From Fimbriosthenelais zetlandica (lineage: Eukaryota), in NCBI GenBank assembly GCA_977030845.1, contig OZ365113.1:15128001-15192000 (forward strand): a stretch of 64,000 bases of DNA, given 5' to 3'. Below are positions 26,500 to 40,800 of the stretch, piece by piece. The notes beneath the pieces are model-generated. The model was given only the letters and a program-made list of their open reading frames with translations, was not told the origin of the DNA and made no database searches. The position numbers and the translations under genes are program-made. Every line of letters begins with the position of its first letter. Within the stretch, counting starts at the first letter, position 1.

Positions 26500-27200
26500 T
26501 AAGTCTTAATCCAACTTACTCGAAACATAATTCAGCTCTCCTTATTTGGTGTCATCCTTTTATCGGGAGAATATGCCTCCCCATTGCATTCAGTGTTTGA
26601 TACATGCATTACAAGTATTAAATCCTAAGAATATATCGCTTGAGATTTCTATTTTCTGTGTGAAAAAGACTTATATGATATATGTGATCAAGATTTCCCT
26701 TGGTATAAGCCTAATATATAAGGAAACTGACTGGTGTATGTACAAGGTCACATATTCAAATCTTCTATTACTCTTTAAAACACAAAAGGCAACAGGGGTT
26801 CCAGTAGACCATTGTGATATGTTGAAGGTCACTGGAGGAACAATGGGAATGTTTCCATGTGACCTCATACTCCTGTATATGGAAGCTTTTATGTCCTACT
26901 CGCATGGCTCGCTAACGATTTAATGGCTGCTGCATGGCAGGCCGAGAGACCACAATCCATACTTGTGAGCCTTTGTGGCCAGTCAAAATAAAGAGAAAAA
27001 ATAAGAGACCATGTTCTGACAGTGTGACAAACCCCCTCTCTAATCATTGTCATCCAATCAATGATCTGCTCATGGATGCTCGACTGAGCAGAAGAATTGC
27101 TCACAACTCGCCCAATACTGCAACTTCGCAGTTTCTCTCCCAGTTCGACGAGAAAGCAAATGCCAAGACGTTCAAAAAACAATTTCCTCCACTAGTACGG
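26500..27200 (-). mobile_element. Gypsy integrase remnant (zinc finger and start of core)
   Basis: SLYFDWPQRLTSMDCGLSACHAAAIK resembles YYWPxMxxDIxxxxxxCxxCQxxK, and IPIVPPVTF..KSNRRFEYVTL resembles PIPxxxPF..KSxRGxQYILV. Confidence 0.45.
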
Positions 27201-27470
27201 CATGCTTGTTGCCGTGGGCTCCAATTAGGGAACGAAGTGATGAGCTTGAGGAAGTCTTGTCCAGGAAAAATGGGATTAAAATGGTTGAAATTCTAAAACC
27301 AAGCGATCTGGCCTTAGGATGCTTCTGTCCCATCGAGCTTGATTTGTTTATCGTGGTTTACTCGAAAGTTCGCCAGATAGATCACCAAATAGGCTATCTG
27401 TTATTTTATTAACTAGGTATTAGTATTACTCAATCAAACTACATGATGCTATCCTTATACATACCCAGGG

Positions 27471-27530
27471 GCCTGTTTCAAAAGGAGTCTTAAGTTTATC
27501 GCTAATACTAATAGTTGTTTTGAAACAGGC
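27471..27530. mobile_element. Short MITE-like element or internally deleted non-autonomous DNA transposon
   Basis: Perfect 13-bp terminal inverted repeats GCCTGTTTCAAAA (27471-27483) and TTTTGAAACAGGC (27518-27530), 34 bp apart. A similar ccgtttc...gaaacgg remnant lies near 3684-3706. Confidence 0.5.
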
Positions 27531-29219
27531 AGTAAACATGTGATGTAAATCAGGTCTGTGCTACACGGGTGTCACTGGCCAACCAGTCATTTACCGTTCA
27601 TACTTGTGCAACAGTACACCTAATTAAGCCAACAATAATTGTTAATTAGCCTGAATTATAGTCCTCTCACTAACCCTATAAATTAAAAAACCCGTGTCTT
27701 CTTGCTATTCCTGTCTCGCCATCTTTGGCCGAGTGAGTAACTGGATGAAGTACTGAATGCAAATAAGAATGACTGAAGTAAACTTGAGTGTTCTCATAGA
27801 AACCACTGCCTAAAAATGATGCCATGTTACCAGGACATTCACTCCCAAATACTGGTGAAATTCATCCTCCAGCAATTGGATACCAGTGCATTTTTATCAA
27901 TTTTCGTTTTTAGTTGGATGGAGGACTGGGTGGGGATGGGGCTGTTCCAATCTCAGACACGCCAACAAAATGCAAATCATCGTCAAAGAATTGCAATATC
28001 GAGGACAATGATCCCCCTGCACCAATGAAATAGTCTGTGTACCCACCCAATTTGAAATTTCCCACACTTTGAGAGCCCTACATGAGGGTATCCATTACAG
28101 CTCGAGGCACAATGAAAAAGCAAGTGAAAGTCTTTCTCACACCCTCTCTGTCATGCAGTCTTGGTAGTTGTTGCCAATGTTTCCAATAGTTTCCTTTTAT
28201 TGCATCAGTAATCTTATAGGAAAATCCTTGCGCCATATTTTTTAAGTCTGTGCCTCAGAGTAGCCTGGAGTTGAATTGCTACATTATTTATCCTCCAAGT
28301 GGTGTGGTGACGAATTTTAAGTGTAAAATTACATTCTACATTTCACATGTTAAGTGAAAAAGCGGCTGTCAATATTTTTTGAGTTGATTGTCAGTGGTTA
28401 ACGGGCTGGTGTGTCTGGGGAGTTTTGCAGGAAGGAGGCTGTCAAATCCTATTTAGAATGTGATTTATTTTATTAAATTTTTAAAATGTGCATTTACTGT
28501 GCACAAGACCTTGCTCCTGTTCATAATTTTAATTCTGTTTCAGTTAATGATCACTATTAATTACTAAGTCTGATAAAGTCGTCCAAAGTTAAATGTCCAT
28601 ATCTGGATATTTGAGATAAAAATATATACATCAAATTACATACTTTCCAGTACATTGTGTGCATAATAATTGACATGCTAAAGTAAATGGAGTTGCAGGC
28701 CTAATTAAATGTAACCTCCAAACACAAACCATCTGTACGGAGAAGCTCATTCAGTCCCCATTGTATAGATTGCTGGAATTCCCAACAATTGTATTATCAA
28801 AGAGGAGCATTTGCGCACTTAATGCCGGAAATTTCCCTTGAGTGTTGAGTGGAGGGGATATGGGGCTTCAAAAGCAGGGGCCAATTTCCAGGCAGGTCAT
28901 TCCCAGCCAGTTCCGGTGGCTGAGGAAAAATACATTAAGAGGCCAGCAGGGTGGTTAGTCCTACTCAATGAAAATCATAGAACACATAGCCTTTATTAGG
29001 CGGGATGCATGGGAGGAAATGAGCTGAGAGAAATTCACAGCTAACCATTCTCTATATGCTCGGCTTTTAACAGTGGAGGGGCAATCCCATGGATGTATAC
29101 ATAATATAGTCCTACCTTTGCTTTATACTAATCTATTCGTATCCAGCTCTGACTATTATCAAGATGTGTTCTATCAAAATGTTTGGAAATGATGCCATGG
29201 AAAATGGCATGAAAAATCA

Positions 29220-29420
29220 CACTTCCGCTTGGTTACTGGTGCAAGCCTGATGAAGCAAATGGGTCAGCGGGTTTCCTGGGCTTAAATCATGTCATATCAT
29301 TGCCAGGGTTCCATGGCAAGCGTAAAAAGTCATTTCACCACTATTGATCAGGAGGTGTGTGGGCTGGTTGGGGGTGTCTTTTCACGGCCAAACATGTGGT
29401 GCCTAATTAATTTGAACATG
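29220..29420 (+). mobile_element. Gypsy RNase H remnant
   Basis: HFRLVTGAS...KSHFTTIDQEVCGLVGGV resembles PFxLxTDAS...KNYSTIEKECLALVWAV. Confidence 0.5.
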
Positions 29421-31033
29421 CAGCATTTTCTGCCAGAAAGCACCCAATATCGCCCAATGTTTCCAGTCTTAAGCAAGCAGAACGTCAGCTTCATGACACT
29501 GAATTGTTTATTTGTCATGCTTATTTGGCCTATACATCAACTAATGTTATTTCATGGTCATTTCCTTGATTGATGATTTGAATAATAAGCCTATAATAGG
29601 TTGGTCCAATATTTTAGTCATTTTTTTCGACCTAGGCTGTCACTTGATCATTAGTTTTGTCATTGTACATGGTGAGATGGGGCTTGATTTAACACATTCC
29701 CTATAACACCGAAAAAGAGACATCATTGATCAAGTCTCAAAGGAAGGAGGATGGCCCCGTTCTAAAATGCATCCCTTAAAACCTGCTTATATTTCCAATC
29801 CACCCCGAAAAGAAATCTCAATTCTGAAGAAACTAATGTCTCCACCAACAAGACTCCCCATTTAACCTGCCTTTGCCTGATTTGTCCAAAGGAGGTGTTG
29901 ATGGATCGAGGGAGACAAATAAATGCTGGGCCATAATGGGGCTTTTCCCATGAGCTGATTGCATTATAAGAAAAGGACGTGATGACGTTAATGGAATCAC
30001 GGAGCATGACTGCCTATAGGCGCTTCATTAAAAAGCACCATTTCTTTGAGATGTAAGGTGGATTATCATCAATATACATAGTTGTTACTCATTTAATATA
30101 CGAAGAGAAAAGTGTTAATGGACGACATAAATGATGATCACTTTTTGGGCGAGCAAATGCTGTTATTTTTTTGTGACTATGGCATGCGGCACAAGCAGGA
30201 AGGCGTGCATGCAGTCACATCTTATATATATTCAATATATATTTAGTGTTTGGTGGGCCTGAATTTATCTATCATTTTCAGTGCCTGTGGTACTGAGTTG
30301 CTATATTTGGCAGTATCCTATCTTATGACCCCAACTCAGGTCTATATCCAGTCAATTAGGGAAAATTCTAGGGATTCCGGAAACTGCTGATTGGATCCAA
30401 TCACATACTTCCCCCGCCTCCAGATCCAAGAAAATTGGTTCGTCTATAATTCCCCTGTCCGTAGAGTTCTGAACAAGGAGCTGAACATCACAACTGGGGG
30501 TGGTGGGAATTATTAATACGCTACTTGGCTCCGGCCTATAGTTATATTCCTTTGGATGCGATTCGTGTTGTTCTTCCTGATATCGAAATTTTGAAGGAAA
30601 TGACAGCCAGACTTAAGTTATTCGTCATAGCTCTTATTTTGTGATTTCTTACAGATCTTTAGGATTAAAAGTGTCAATCAAATTGCTCCCAGTCTCACTT
30701 TGAGTTAACCATACTACTATACCAGTTTTAATCAGTGCACCTTTGGGAGCCAAGCTGACCTTGAAGACCGTGGCTTTAGTAAAGGAAAGACCCCAATTTG
30801 GCTGAGAATTAAATTAAAGCTCCTCAAACCAGCGATCCCTTTACCCCCTCTCTCCTGAGACTCTCCCATAACTTACCCTGATCCTCCTGACCTCTAGGGC
30901 CCCATCTTGCCCTAGCCTTTCCCAAAATCCTAATTAGCTTTGTTATTCACTGGTGTACCTCTTGATGGACTGCTCCTAGCCCATCATTACCGTAGGCCTT
31001 CACTCGAGCTGCTCTGTCCGACCGTGGCGATCC

Positions 31034-31249
31034 CTACTGGCAGTAATTGACACTTATGTTCAACCCTCTGCCCACATACCAACTGCTACTCCCCCAATAG
31101 GCCCATGGCTTCATTAGCAGAGCTTTTTGTTTGGTTAAATCCATGTATAATATAATACACCACCTACAATATGTAAGCATTAACAGTACCTCCTGCCAAG
31201 GATAATCTAATACCGATCCAACTATAATATTGCGCCCGTACCGTTGCAT
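31034..31249 (-). mobile_element. Gypsy integrase remnant
   Basis: DYPWQEVLLML..IILYMDLTK resembles PxYPWQxVxxD..YLxxxDYxS. Confidence 0.35.
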
Positions 31250-31565
31250 AATTAATTTGCTTGTTCAAAGCTCTATCAGTATGGTTGTATTTTATTGAGG
31301 TATCTTAGGCATTCAGAATTTAATCAAAAGGCCAGTACTATATTTACTTAGTGGCTCTCTCATCAATCTTTTCCTTGTACAGAGAATCTTCTCCTCGCCA
31401 CTTGCGTGACTGGAAGATTTTTTATTTCCCAGCCAGTGCCCACCCCAGAATCTGAGCCAACCATAATCGGTGATAGTGCCGCTTTAAAATTCTAGAGTAT
31501 TTTAATAACAGATAAATAGCTCACTAATGAAATGTGATGATTTATAAGGATTATTTGTTTTGTAG

Positions 31566-31658
31566 GTGAGGAGGCAGCAGAAACAGCCATCAAGCGAGAG
31601 ATGCAAGACGTGAATAATAAAATAGTTCCATGTTTGAAGGACGGAGAGGAGCCTGGCG
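31566..31658 (+). CDS. Candidate internal exon of an unidentified plus-strand gene
   Basis: Acceptor ttatttgttttgtag and donor G|gtaggg. The 93-nt phase 1-1 exon is open: (G)EEAAETAIKREMQDVNNKIVPCLKDGEEPG. It could instead be chance or transposon debris. Confidence 0.3.
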
Positions 31659-31884
31659 GTAGGGGCATTATCTTATCACATTCTCATTAACCACTTCTCT
31701 TTCAGTCTGTCGATCTCTTTCTCGCTCTCTCTAATATAGTAGGCTATCTAAAGCACCCAACCTTCCTATCCTATGATTTTCGATATTAAACACCCGTGCT
31801 GTGACTGATAGCTAAAATCGATTGCCCTGCCACGTAGGCTGATCTGTTGCTAGCAAAAATAAGAAAAGTCGTTTTTTTCTTTGT

Positions 31885-31890
31885 TTTATT
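31885..31890 (-). other. Candidate polyadenylation signal (AATAAA) for the Shisa-like gene
   Basis: Forward tttatt, about 680 nt downstream of the stop codon. AT-rich sequence makes chance hits likely. Confidence 0.2.
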
Positions 31891-32568
31891 TGGGAGGCAT
31901 ATACAGCAGCATATAATAAGTACAATGATGCGTTTTCAACATGACATTGTCTTCAAGACAGCAATGGTATACATTGATTACAGGCTATGCCTAGAGATTC
32001 TACATGAACAGTTGATTCTACATGGTACAATTACATGTACATGCTTTCAATGGTTTTTTGCTCATCCGTTTTGACACATGCAAGATGCGGCTTCTCTACA
32101 AAAATGATAATATATCACTTTTAATAGTTGATAGTGCTTACAAATCATATAAAAATGATATATCTTATATGTTTTGCAGTTTGTATATTATCATGCTCTC
32201 ATGATAAAATGGAGTTTGTTGCATAATCCTCTGCACGAGGTTGGGTATATATCTGACTGTACCCCTTAGTTCAAAGCACCACAAAATGAAGGGTTCATTG
32301 TGCATATATCTATGTACATGATATACAAACACTAAATGTATTAATTCATCCTAAGAGTGCTGATAATGAGCGTTCCAAGTTTGTAATCCATTTTGAATGG
32401 CAAGTATTTCTTACGCCTATATGATTCGCTGCTAAATTAGATGAAACCTCCCCAACACTTTAGGCTTCTCATTTGTATGAAGAAGTAATGAAGGTTTTAT
32501 CTAATATTCTGTTGTATGAAATATGGTTTTGATTGAGATATGATTTCATAATTAACTATCAATCATTG

Positions 32569-33647
32569 TCATCCCTGGTGTTTGATTTGAACTGTGAGGT
32601 CGGTTATTTCATCCTCTTCTAGATTTAAAATATCCACTGCGGGTTCGAAAATGACATCGCCATTGGGTAAGCACAAGTTGGCCAAAGAATTACTGTTCTT
32701 TGTCGACTCGTTCCCACCACCTGTAGGAAGCTGAATGAAGCTTCCCGAGGGAAGCATCGGTGGCGGTGCCAGTGGCGTTCTCAGAAACGACCCTAGTTCT
32801 ATAGACCTCCGTGAAACGGACTTTGCATCATCGTCTTCGGTGTCTGTGTTGGAAGATGGAAGTTTGAATGTGGTGAGTTCTATGTCTCCTTCGCCTTGAA
32901 GGGTGAAAGTGTTGGACCGAACTAATGGAGTGAACCCGTCACAGTCATTGAGGTAGCGATCGATGTGATCTGTGTCGTATTGCCCTGAGCTAGTGGAAGC
33001 GTTCGGTAGGGGTGCAGTTATCTGTGATATAGGTGTCGGTACTACCCCTGCTATTGGAGGTCCTTTAATACTAGGGATCTCCTCTGTATTGGCTCTAATG
33101 TGTGGCTGAACTTGCCTTGTATCATCTGAATAGCTACTCCCATTTTGGCTACTGTTTAATGTGTTATAATTTGTATAGCAAATGCCTGTCCGGCGGTCTT
33201 CTGGAGGTTTTACTAAGCGATTAGTGGCACCACCTCTGTGCAAATGTCTGCATCTTGAATTGAAAGGACAGCATCTGGTAGGAGGCGTTACTGTGCTGCT
33301 CTGGCTGCTTCCCCTGCTCCCAAAGCCCACCCCTACATTGCTAAAAATGGTTACATGATCAAAATGGCAGCGTGGTGTTGAAGTAGTGGGAGGCCGGTGG
33401 TGAGGACCCTGCCTTCTGGTATTGTTCTCTGTCTGTTCACTCAGGGTGGAGGTTAAAGGGTAATCTCTGATGGGAGGAGAAGCATCTCTTGATAGAGAAT
33501 AAGTTACTGGGGATGTGTTGTCATCCGGCCCGTCTATAGCCACACACAGCTGAGTAGGGTTCAGTGGTTGTTTCTCTTCTGGAACACCAGAAGTCTCACC
33601 AGGATAAGGCGGTGGATCGTCCATTGGGTAACACGAGGAAGCTCCAT
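32569..33647 (-). CDS. Shisa-like protein, terminal exon (cytoplasmic tail with PY motif)
   Basis: Longest ORF in the window (366 aa in the track). The acceptor tctattttgacag precedes 33647, and the phase-1 join G|AT = Asp matches the TM exon. The tail begins DGASSCYPMDDPPPYPGE, is rich in S/T/P/D, and ends at a TGA stop at 32571-32569. Confidence 0.9.
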
Positions 33648-34638
33648 CTGTCAAAATAGAGAATCTCATTTTATTTCATATCTGATATTGCCATCGGCTT
33701 CAAATAACATTAATATTTCATTCCCTCCTACCCACGGAGAATGAAGTCCTGTTATCCAGGTAGTTTCATTCTTCATGGGTAACCCTCTTCCCACTCAAAT
33801 CATGTTTTCAACATGAGTGGAAAGGTATGTAATACCCATGTTCCATTCGCAAGCTTGGGTATTACTACACCTCCACCCTTGGGGAGAACGCATGGCCGCA
33901 TTCAAAACTATGAACCTTTGGGTATATACCTTCTGATGAATTCACATTACACAATTGGTCTTTCTGTTAGGCATATGGAAAGACATCTTAATTGAGGCAA
34001 TCCTACCATCTCACGGTTACATAATTGTATATATGAATCGCATACTTACCACGAAGATATGTAGAATGAGGACACACAGTATAGTTGACAGCATAATCCA
34101 CAGGCCCCCCAGTCACATGTGGATGTCCATCTTTTGATATAACATGAAAAGGGAAGAACATGTCATGATTAATACATTTAATTAAGAATTTTCAAGAATT
34201 AAATATAATTGATTCAAGCATTTGCAGACAGGGGGATAGGTGTTGAAAATAATCCCATGCTAACTTCATCAGGACACATCTGGCTGTGAATACGCCATTA
34301 AGTATTCATTCTATAATAGTGAGTCCTATTTCTCGTCCGTCATTTTTAATTGACTAGTAGTATAAGTGGTTTAACTCGCCCCGTATTCATTACAATGATT
34401 ACATGTCCTTCACCAGTCAACTATAATTAACATACTCGTGCATTCAGGTCAATCTTAGTTATCCTTTTCCGGACAGCCATCCATTCTCACAAGAGGTGAC
34501 AGCCATCCTTCAGGCCCTTGATAAAACTTCAGGTGCTCCATTCACCTGACAGAAGTGACGGATGACTTCCGCCATACAGAGGGAAGGCAAGGTGTTGGCG
34601 TGCCACCTCCAACCCATCTCCCTCTACAGCCCTAATCT

Positions 34639-34675
34639 GTCCATCCATCCATCCACCCATCCATCCAGCCAGCCA
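34639..34675. repeat. (TCCA)n / (GCCA)n microsatellite
   Basis: Directly visible. Confidence 0.85.
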
Positions 34676-34868
34676 TAAGCCCTTTTACCCATCCTGGACT
34701 TTAAAATATGTAACGTGCCAGCTTTAAAATTCACTTGTGGCCTTCCATTTGGAATCCTCCACGCTCAATAGAGAGCATATCGGTTATTGTTTATTCCTCA
34801 CTTTTGGTAATTGCATAGTTACACAAGTCCATGAGTAATTTCCAGGGGCAGCTGGGTAAGCATCTATT

Positions 34869-35117
34869 TCAGTTTCCGGTTCTTGTTTCCCTTCCTGGTT
34901 TAGGTGATGATATACCATCCCCAAGGCTTACAGGCGCATGCTTTGTGGCCATTAGGATGTATATGTAATGAGGGTATATCGTGCGCAACCTCCGGACAAC
35001 AAACTTCTCATGCGAGCTCATCAACTGTCCTTGAATGGCATTGTCCCTTGAGCTAACACAAGGCCATCTAACTGTAGAAAGCTGCCTCAATCTCCATAGT
35101 ACCACATTGAATTCCAT
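34869..35117 (-). mobile_element. Gypsy integrase remnant inside a Shisa-like intron
   Basis: LMATKHAPVSLG..SSPKPGRETRT resembles AYRxTPHxxTGxSPAELLxGRxxRT. Confidence 0.35.
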
Positions 35118-35916
35118 TTATGGGGTGTCTTCCTTGCCTGTAGTTGTTGGACACTCTTGTCTCTGGTCTTTCATTCAAATAAATGGCCCCGGCTTTGACA
35201 TCTCTGAGCACGATGTTCAGGGCTTTTACAGGCCTTCTAGAACCTGATGGATTGGTGTAAGCACATGATCAAATCAACTGCTGCCTTGCTGGCCCATTTA
35301 TCTCAGAATTGTTAGGTACCAGCCTCTTCGATAGAGCCTCAGCAATGAAGATCTAAGAGTTTGGTTCCTCTCTAGGCAAGCACGGATGTGAGCTGTCAAT
35401 TGAGTGTGAAAGTGTATAAGACAAAACATGATGTATGACTCGGCCTGAGATTAGTTTTAGAAGGAAAGCATTCCTTGAGGAATATCACCTGCCATCACAT
35501 AATCCCAAGCTTAAAATATGGCGACTCCCCAGGGGCAGGAAGATGTACAACACCACACGTCTATTCCATCATGAATGTCCTACCAATTCACTGCTTTATG
35601 ATTTATGAAGGCAGGCAGGAGGGTACGTTGCCTCATCATAATTGTTATCCGAAGGGACAAGGGTTGGACAATCATTGGCATCTATACCCCCATTGTCCAA
35701 GCTGGTGATTCATAATTATAAGAGATTATTTATAAGAGCTCATATTAGTTCAAATTAAGTGCTATGTAGGTCTATGTCAAAGAAACTATTATGGACTTTA
35801 TGGACTGGGGAGGCGTATGTATCGATCTATGTTTGGAATACATGATTATGTGATAGTCCGGATACATATTGCAATATGAGTGTACATGCTTTCATTAACA
35901 TAATTATGTAACCCAC

Positions 35917-36038
35917 CGTGGTGTAACCTTTTTCTTCGCCGGTAGAGCCAGCAGCAACGACAGAAATAGCACGTGCCTACGAATGTGAGCATCGCAATAA
36001 CAAGACTGCCCATCGCCAGGCCCACCATCAGAGGTAAT
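35917..36038 (-). CDS. Shisa-like protein, transmembrane exon
   Basis: Acceptor ttattgtattttcag and donor G|gtgggt. The 122-nt exon (phase 2 to 1) joins the upstream exon as AG|A = Arg. It reads LPLMVGLAMGSLVIAMLTFVGTCYFCRCCWLYRRRKRLHH: a hydrophobic helix, a juxtamembrane C-x2-C-x-CC-x-LY motif and a basic stop-transfer stretch, as is typical of Shisa-like proteins. Confidence 0.9.
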
Positions 36039-37499
36039 CTGAAAATACAATAATAACATCCATTGATAATGAATCATGGCTTAATACAGCATATTATATG
36101 TGTGGGAAGATGGAAGCTGATGCCATATTGGCTTCTCTGACGAGAAGGGGAATTTTCTTTCATTCATGATGAGGTTTTTATATAAAGAAGACATGATTAG
36201 TTCTATTTTAGACCCAGCACGTCTCCACTGTTCTGATATTTTTTATATTATCGAGTTAATCATATTCTTATGTGATTAATGCAAGCTCGTCATTACTAAA
36301 AAAATATGTCCCTGTCAAGATTTAGATATACTTTATTTAATGATAAGAAATGTATTCTATAATCAAGATGTGAAAATGAAATGAGATAACTACTGACAGT
36401 GTACAAATTATTGAGGAGGCTGAACCACACAGTAGTATAGGCAATTGGGAATTTCACCCAGGCTATATTTTAGGAAGTGGGCCACAACTATGCAGTTCAA
36501 CTCTGCAACTGGAAAACTTTGCACAAATTCAAATACAAAATTTCTGCGACATTCTGGCAGTTATTAACAGTTATTTGATTGCCCAAAACTACATTATAAA
36601 TCTTTGTGCTTAGGTTTACACTGGAGCCAACTATGTTGATAGGTCTATGAGAGTGGATTGTGTGGCTCTCCGGCAATTTACTATTGGAGACAAGCTTTAA
36701 TTAGATTTAATTAGATTTCCCGATTTGGGACCTTTGCCCAGACCCCGATTGACTAGTGTTGTACGTGCTACATTTCCACTGACCTTAGCCTCATCTCCGG
36801 CTCGCCCAACCACCCACCCACCCACCCACCACACCTCCCCCACCATGGACATACCCAGACTAAATCAATTAACATTACCAAGACAAGAACATGCCTGACG
36901 AATGAACGGACCAATGAAATGGACAGTTCACTGGGCTGGGCTGATAATTCCCCTTACCACTGAATCAATAGCATAGCAATAAACTCCCTCCTTCTACAAT
37001 AGCCCACAACGTATGCACATCAATATATCTCCTATACTACTACCCCTCACACAATACCACAGACCAGCACTATTGGTTTTCCACCTGATTTACCTCTCAA
37101 TATACACACGATCAGAATGGACATTTCCTATTTGCAAAATGAACAATAAACCAAGGCATTATAACCAAGAATCTGACATGACCGACTCATTGGAAGCGAC
37201 AAGTCTGCAGCCCATTCTGAATCCACCGGAATTGGAGCCACTCGGTTTTATACCTGCAGTTTATTGTGTGCTCATTAAAGAAAATGTCTGCATTATGAAT
37301 TTGGGAGATGTTCTGTCAATTGCCACGCCCTTTGATGGGGTTGTATTTTGTGGTGTGGAGACTTTTAATGGGGAATTATTTTAGCCTGTGGTCTGAGCAG
37401 AGACCAATGTTTCCACTGCCCCATGGGAAGCAACCATGAAGACAGTCATTATATCTGAAATTGCCAGTAGGTCTCTTCCCTTTGCATGCCATTGATCCG

Positions 37500-37800
37500 G
37501 TCCATCCTTTTCACAAGCAATAGCAGTGCTGGTGGGGTCTCACAGCAAGCCACAAAGGAGAATGGCAATTGAGAGCAATTCCCCTAACGTCTCCTAGCCC
37601 CTCATAAATTTATTTCAAAAGCTAGTCTTGGCCTTTAATGGGGAAATGGTGTGCCATAACGAGGGTAAAACGTTTGGGGATTACCTGAATTTATATTCAT
37701 TCAAGAGGGACTTGAAAATGGCTCCTTGAATTTAATATGGGGTATCATTGTTTAATATTCATGTTCTATATTGAAGATTCCATACCCTTGGATCTGGGAA
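37500..37800 (+). mobile_element. Gypsy RT core remnant inside a Shisa-like intron
   Basis: GKTFGDYLNLYSF / GLENG / FYIEDSI resemble KTAFxTxxGLYEF / PFGLKNAP / YIDDI. Confidence 0.4.
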
Positions 37801-40800
37801 AGTGTTTTTTCAGATTCAATTAAATCCAAAAAGCTGGAACCATTTACGACTGGGTGAGAAATGATACATTGTAGAGGCGCATACAGTTTGAGCTCTTTTT
37901 ATTAATTGACACTGATGAGCAGATTCCAATCAAAATTTAACATCAATCATAATTCTGAGTGAGAACCTTGCATGGATTGCTGGCTTTTACAGTCTAGTCT
38001 CATTTCAATCGTCCATGAAAAAATGCGCTGTCATCAAATGCCGAATTCCAATTTCATCACTGCTGCAGACTAACAAATAACGTGTAAAAGAAGATGGAAA
38101 GCTTGACACAGTAATCAAGACAAAAACAGAGCCAATCTATCGTCACTTAATTGTGACTGATTAAGCTCATTGCGTTCTCTTACAAGGCGGGACTGTCCAA
38201 ATGATCGCTCAGTCACTTCCCAGTACAAATAGCAGCACTTAGCCTCCGCTCATAGGTCTCTATTTGCCCGACCTCGGCAAGTTTTTTCTCCATCTTCGCT
38301 AACTGGTTTAGGTGCAACCAAGGGACCTATATATCCAGTTGATACATGAACCATTTTAGAGAGGTTCCTGATGTCCCAAATTAATATTATATTGAGGTTA
38401 GGCAAAAACAATTGGCTGTTGGCTAATCCATAGACTGGCCAGTTTGGTATAGATCCCCCGCCTGGTCCCTACTAATCTCAGAGTTGGTGGCCATGCAACT
38501 TCTGCATTACATCCATCCATCTTCTGCTCTCCTGCCAGACCCCTCTCTCTTTCTCCTAATCTTTCTTTTCAGGACCAATTGCTTTTGGGAGGAGGTCTCA
38601 GTCTGCATCATAAGCATCTAAGTCATCTTTCTGTTTCTTTGATCAATGGAGGAAACACCACCCGTGCTGAGATGGAAAATGATATATAGTGTTCTCCCAT
38701 TGTTCCCTGTGATTTTGAGCACATTTCATGACGCCATAATGCAAACCTATGGCCTATCTCAAGCAAACCTCATGAACGCATTGAAGCAACTCTGGACAAT
38801 TAGAATCTAATTTTGAGAATCACGGAGAAAAAACATTATTAACGATTCATTGAGTGGCCCCGGGCTTCACATAAGAATCTATTGAGACAGCTTTAATGAA
38901 AATATTTGCTGCGTGGTGTTGTCAAAGTACCCGTGTCATTGGATTTTGGTTCCTATTCAGGACACCGAAATGACATGCATGGCAAAGAGGCGAAGCATGG
39001 AGATAAATAATACAGATATTCTCCAGTGGACCCAACTGTGCAACAAGGCATAGTCTGATGACAGCTACACTTCCAGCATGCCCCATGGTGGTCCATCGAT
39101 CTCTCAGGCTCACCCAGCCACCATCTCCCTTCCTCTTACCCCGCACTTGACCTTGTCTCCAATGCATCCCCAGCCAGTCTTCCCATCCCATCCACCTCAT
39201 ACCGAAGGGAAGAGATTCCTAACTAATGTGAATACCGTATAATTCAACGCCACAACTGACCACTGCATTGGTTCTACTATCTGCTGTACTAGACTGCAAC
39301 TGTAGTTATCAATTGGCTCTCTCACAAGAAACTTTACTTGAGCGAGTTGGATTAGATTCTTGTTACATAAGATTGCAATCCGACTTGAAATTAGATTTTA
39401 AAGATCTAATTTCTTACTAATCTGAGTGAGGTAATTCTCTTGATGCAATAAAATGTGGCCTTCATTACCACTGGCCTGTCAAGTTACAAGTACAATCTAT
39501 ACGGTACAGTGCCATACCAAAGAAGTGTGCCAAAAGCAAGCATCCTTGACCGAAAAAATACTGTTTATGATATTACCATGCAGGACTGAATCATGATGAC
39601 TGGACAGTTCAGTGATGATGGCATAATTTGATCCTGACCACAATTATGACCCACCAGTCAAGAGCAGTCCAAAGCATGTCCGGGGAATACAAATACATTA
39701 TCTCATTGATTGCTGCCAGAGATGTCCAAGTCAATTTGAGATGGACCAAACTGAATAGTGGAGATATTATCATTCGTATTATGGTATCAGATAACATGAA
39801 TCACGTTTCTTATAATATGGTCATGGTCTGATATGTATTCCAGTGATTCTGTTTTTATACACTGCAAAATGATATCCGCTTAATTACCAGTGGGCATACC
39901 CGGTCGCTTAGTGAAATTAAACCTGGGGAAAGAATCACTGAATGTCTGATGATCCGAGAAATAATCAGATTAAATTTATTAAAAAGGAAATGGAAACCTT
40001 ATCTGCAAGACAAGATCTGATTGTATGGGCTGTGAATAGGGAGAATAGTTCTATCTGAGATGTGATTGTGCTTGTGCTCATTACCCGTGATAAGAATAGC
40101 TGATAAGACAACCCAATTTACTCTGCTGAGTTGCTCAATGCACTGATCGACCCGGCAATGGATCCCAGGCTTATCTGATCTCATGGCATTCCTTCTAACC
40201 CCACACCCATTGGTAGCAGCTCTGAAAGATTTGTTTCTTCTCCCCCACTGTCCCAAAACATAAATGTCCTATACGGTTCCATTACCTGTACAGAGAAATG
40301 GCTCTTTTAGCATATTATCTGTATTTAATACCATTAAATATGTTATAACGTGACACATGGCCATGATTCTGCAGAAAACTTTTTAGTGCAAAAATAGGAA
40401 ATGATGAAAAGGGATGGGGAAGAAGGAAATCGAGAGATAAATACAATAAAAGATTATTGTCAACTGACTATTGATATGAAACACATACAACAATTACTCT
40501 GCCCTTATCTCCTACCTTCTATTCCAAACGCCCTCCCATCTCTTATCACTCATTGCTTCACCAATCACATCCTCGCCCCTCACCCCCACCCCCCAAATCC
40601 TCTTGTCCCGCTTGTCCCGGACACGGACCTAATTGTCCTGAAGCTCCGATGATCATTGGTTTGGGAGTGCGCTACCATGCGGCCCACACACACACTACAA
40701 ATTGAGAAGAGGCGCCCCAGAATCCCAACCCAATTTAGCGTTCATCGAGCGCTGTCAAGGGAAAGGCATCCTTTACCTTACTGGGCCGGCTAATACTATC

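Noticed and set aside
37094-37127. 34-nt minus-strand microexon (GNVHSDRVYIER) just upstream of the TM exon
   Set aside because: It is phase 1 to 2 and cannot be inserted between the phase-2 donor of the Cys exon and the phase-2 TM acceptor, which already join in frame.
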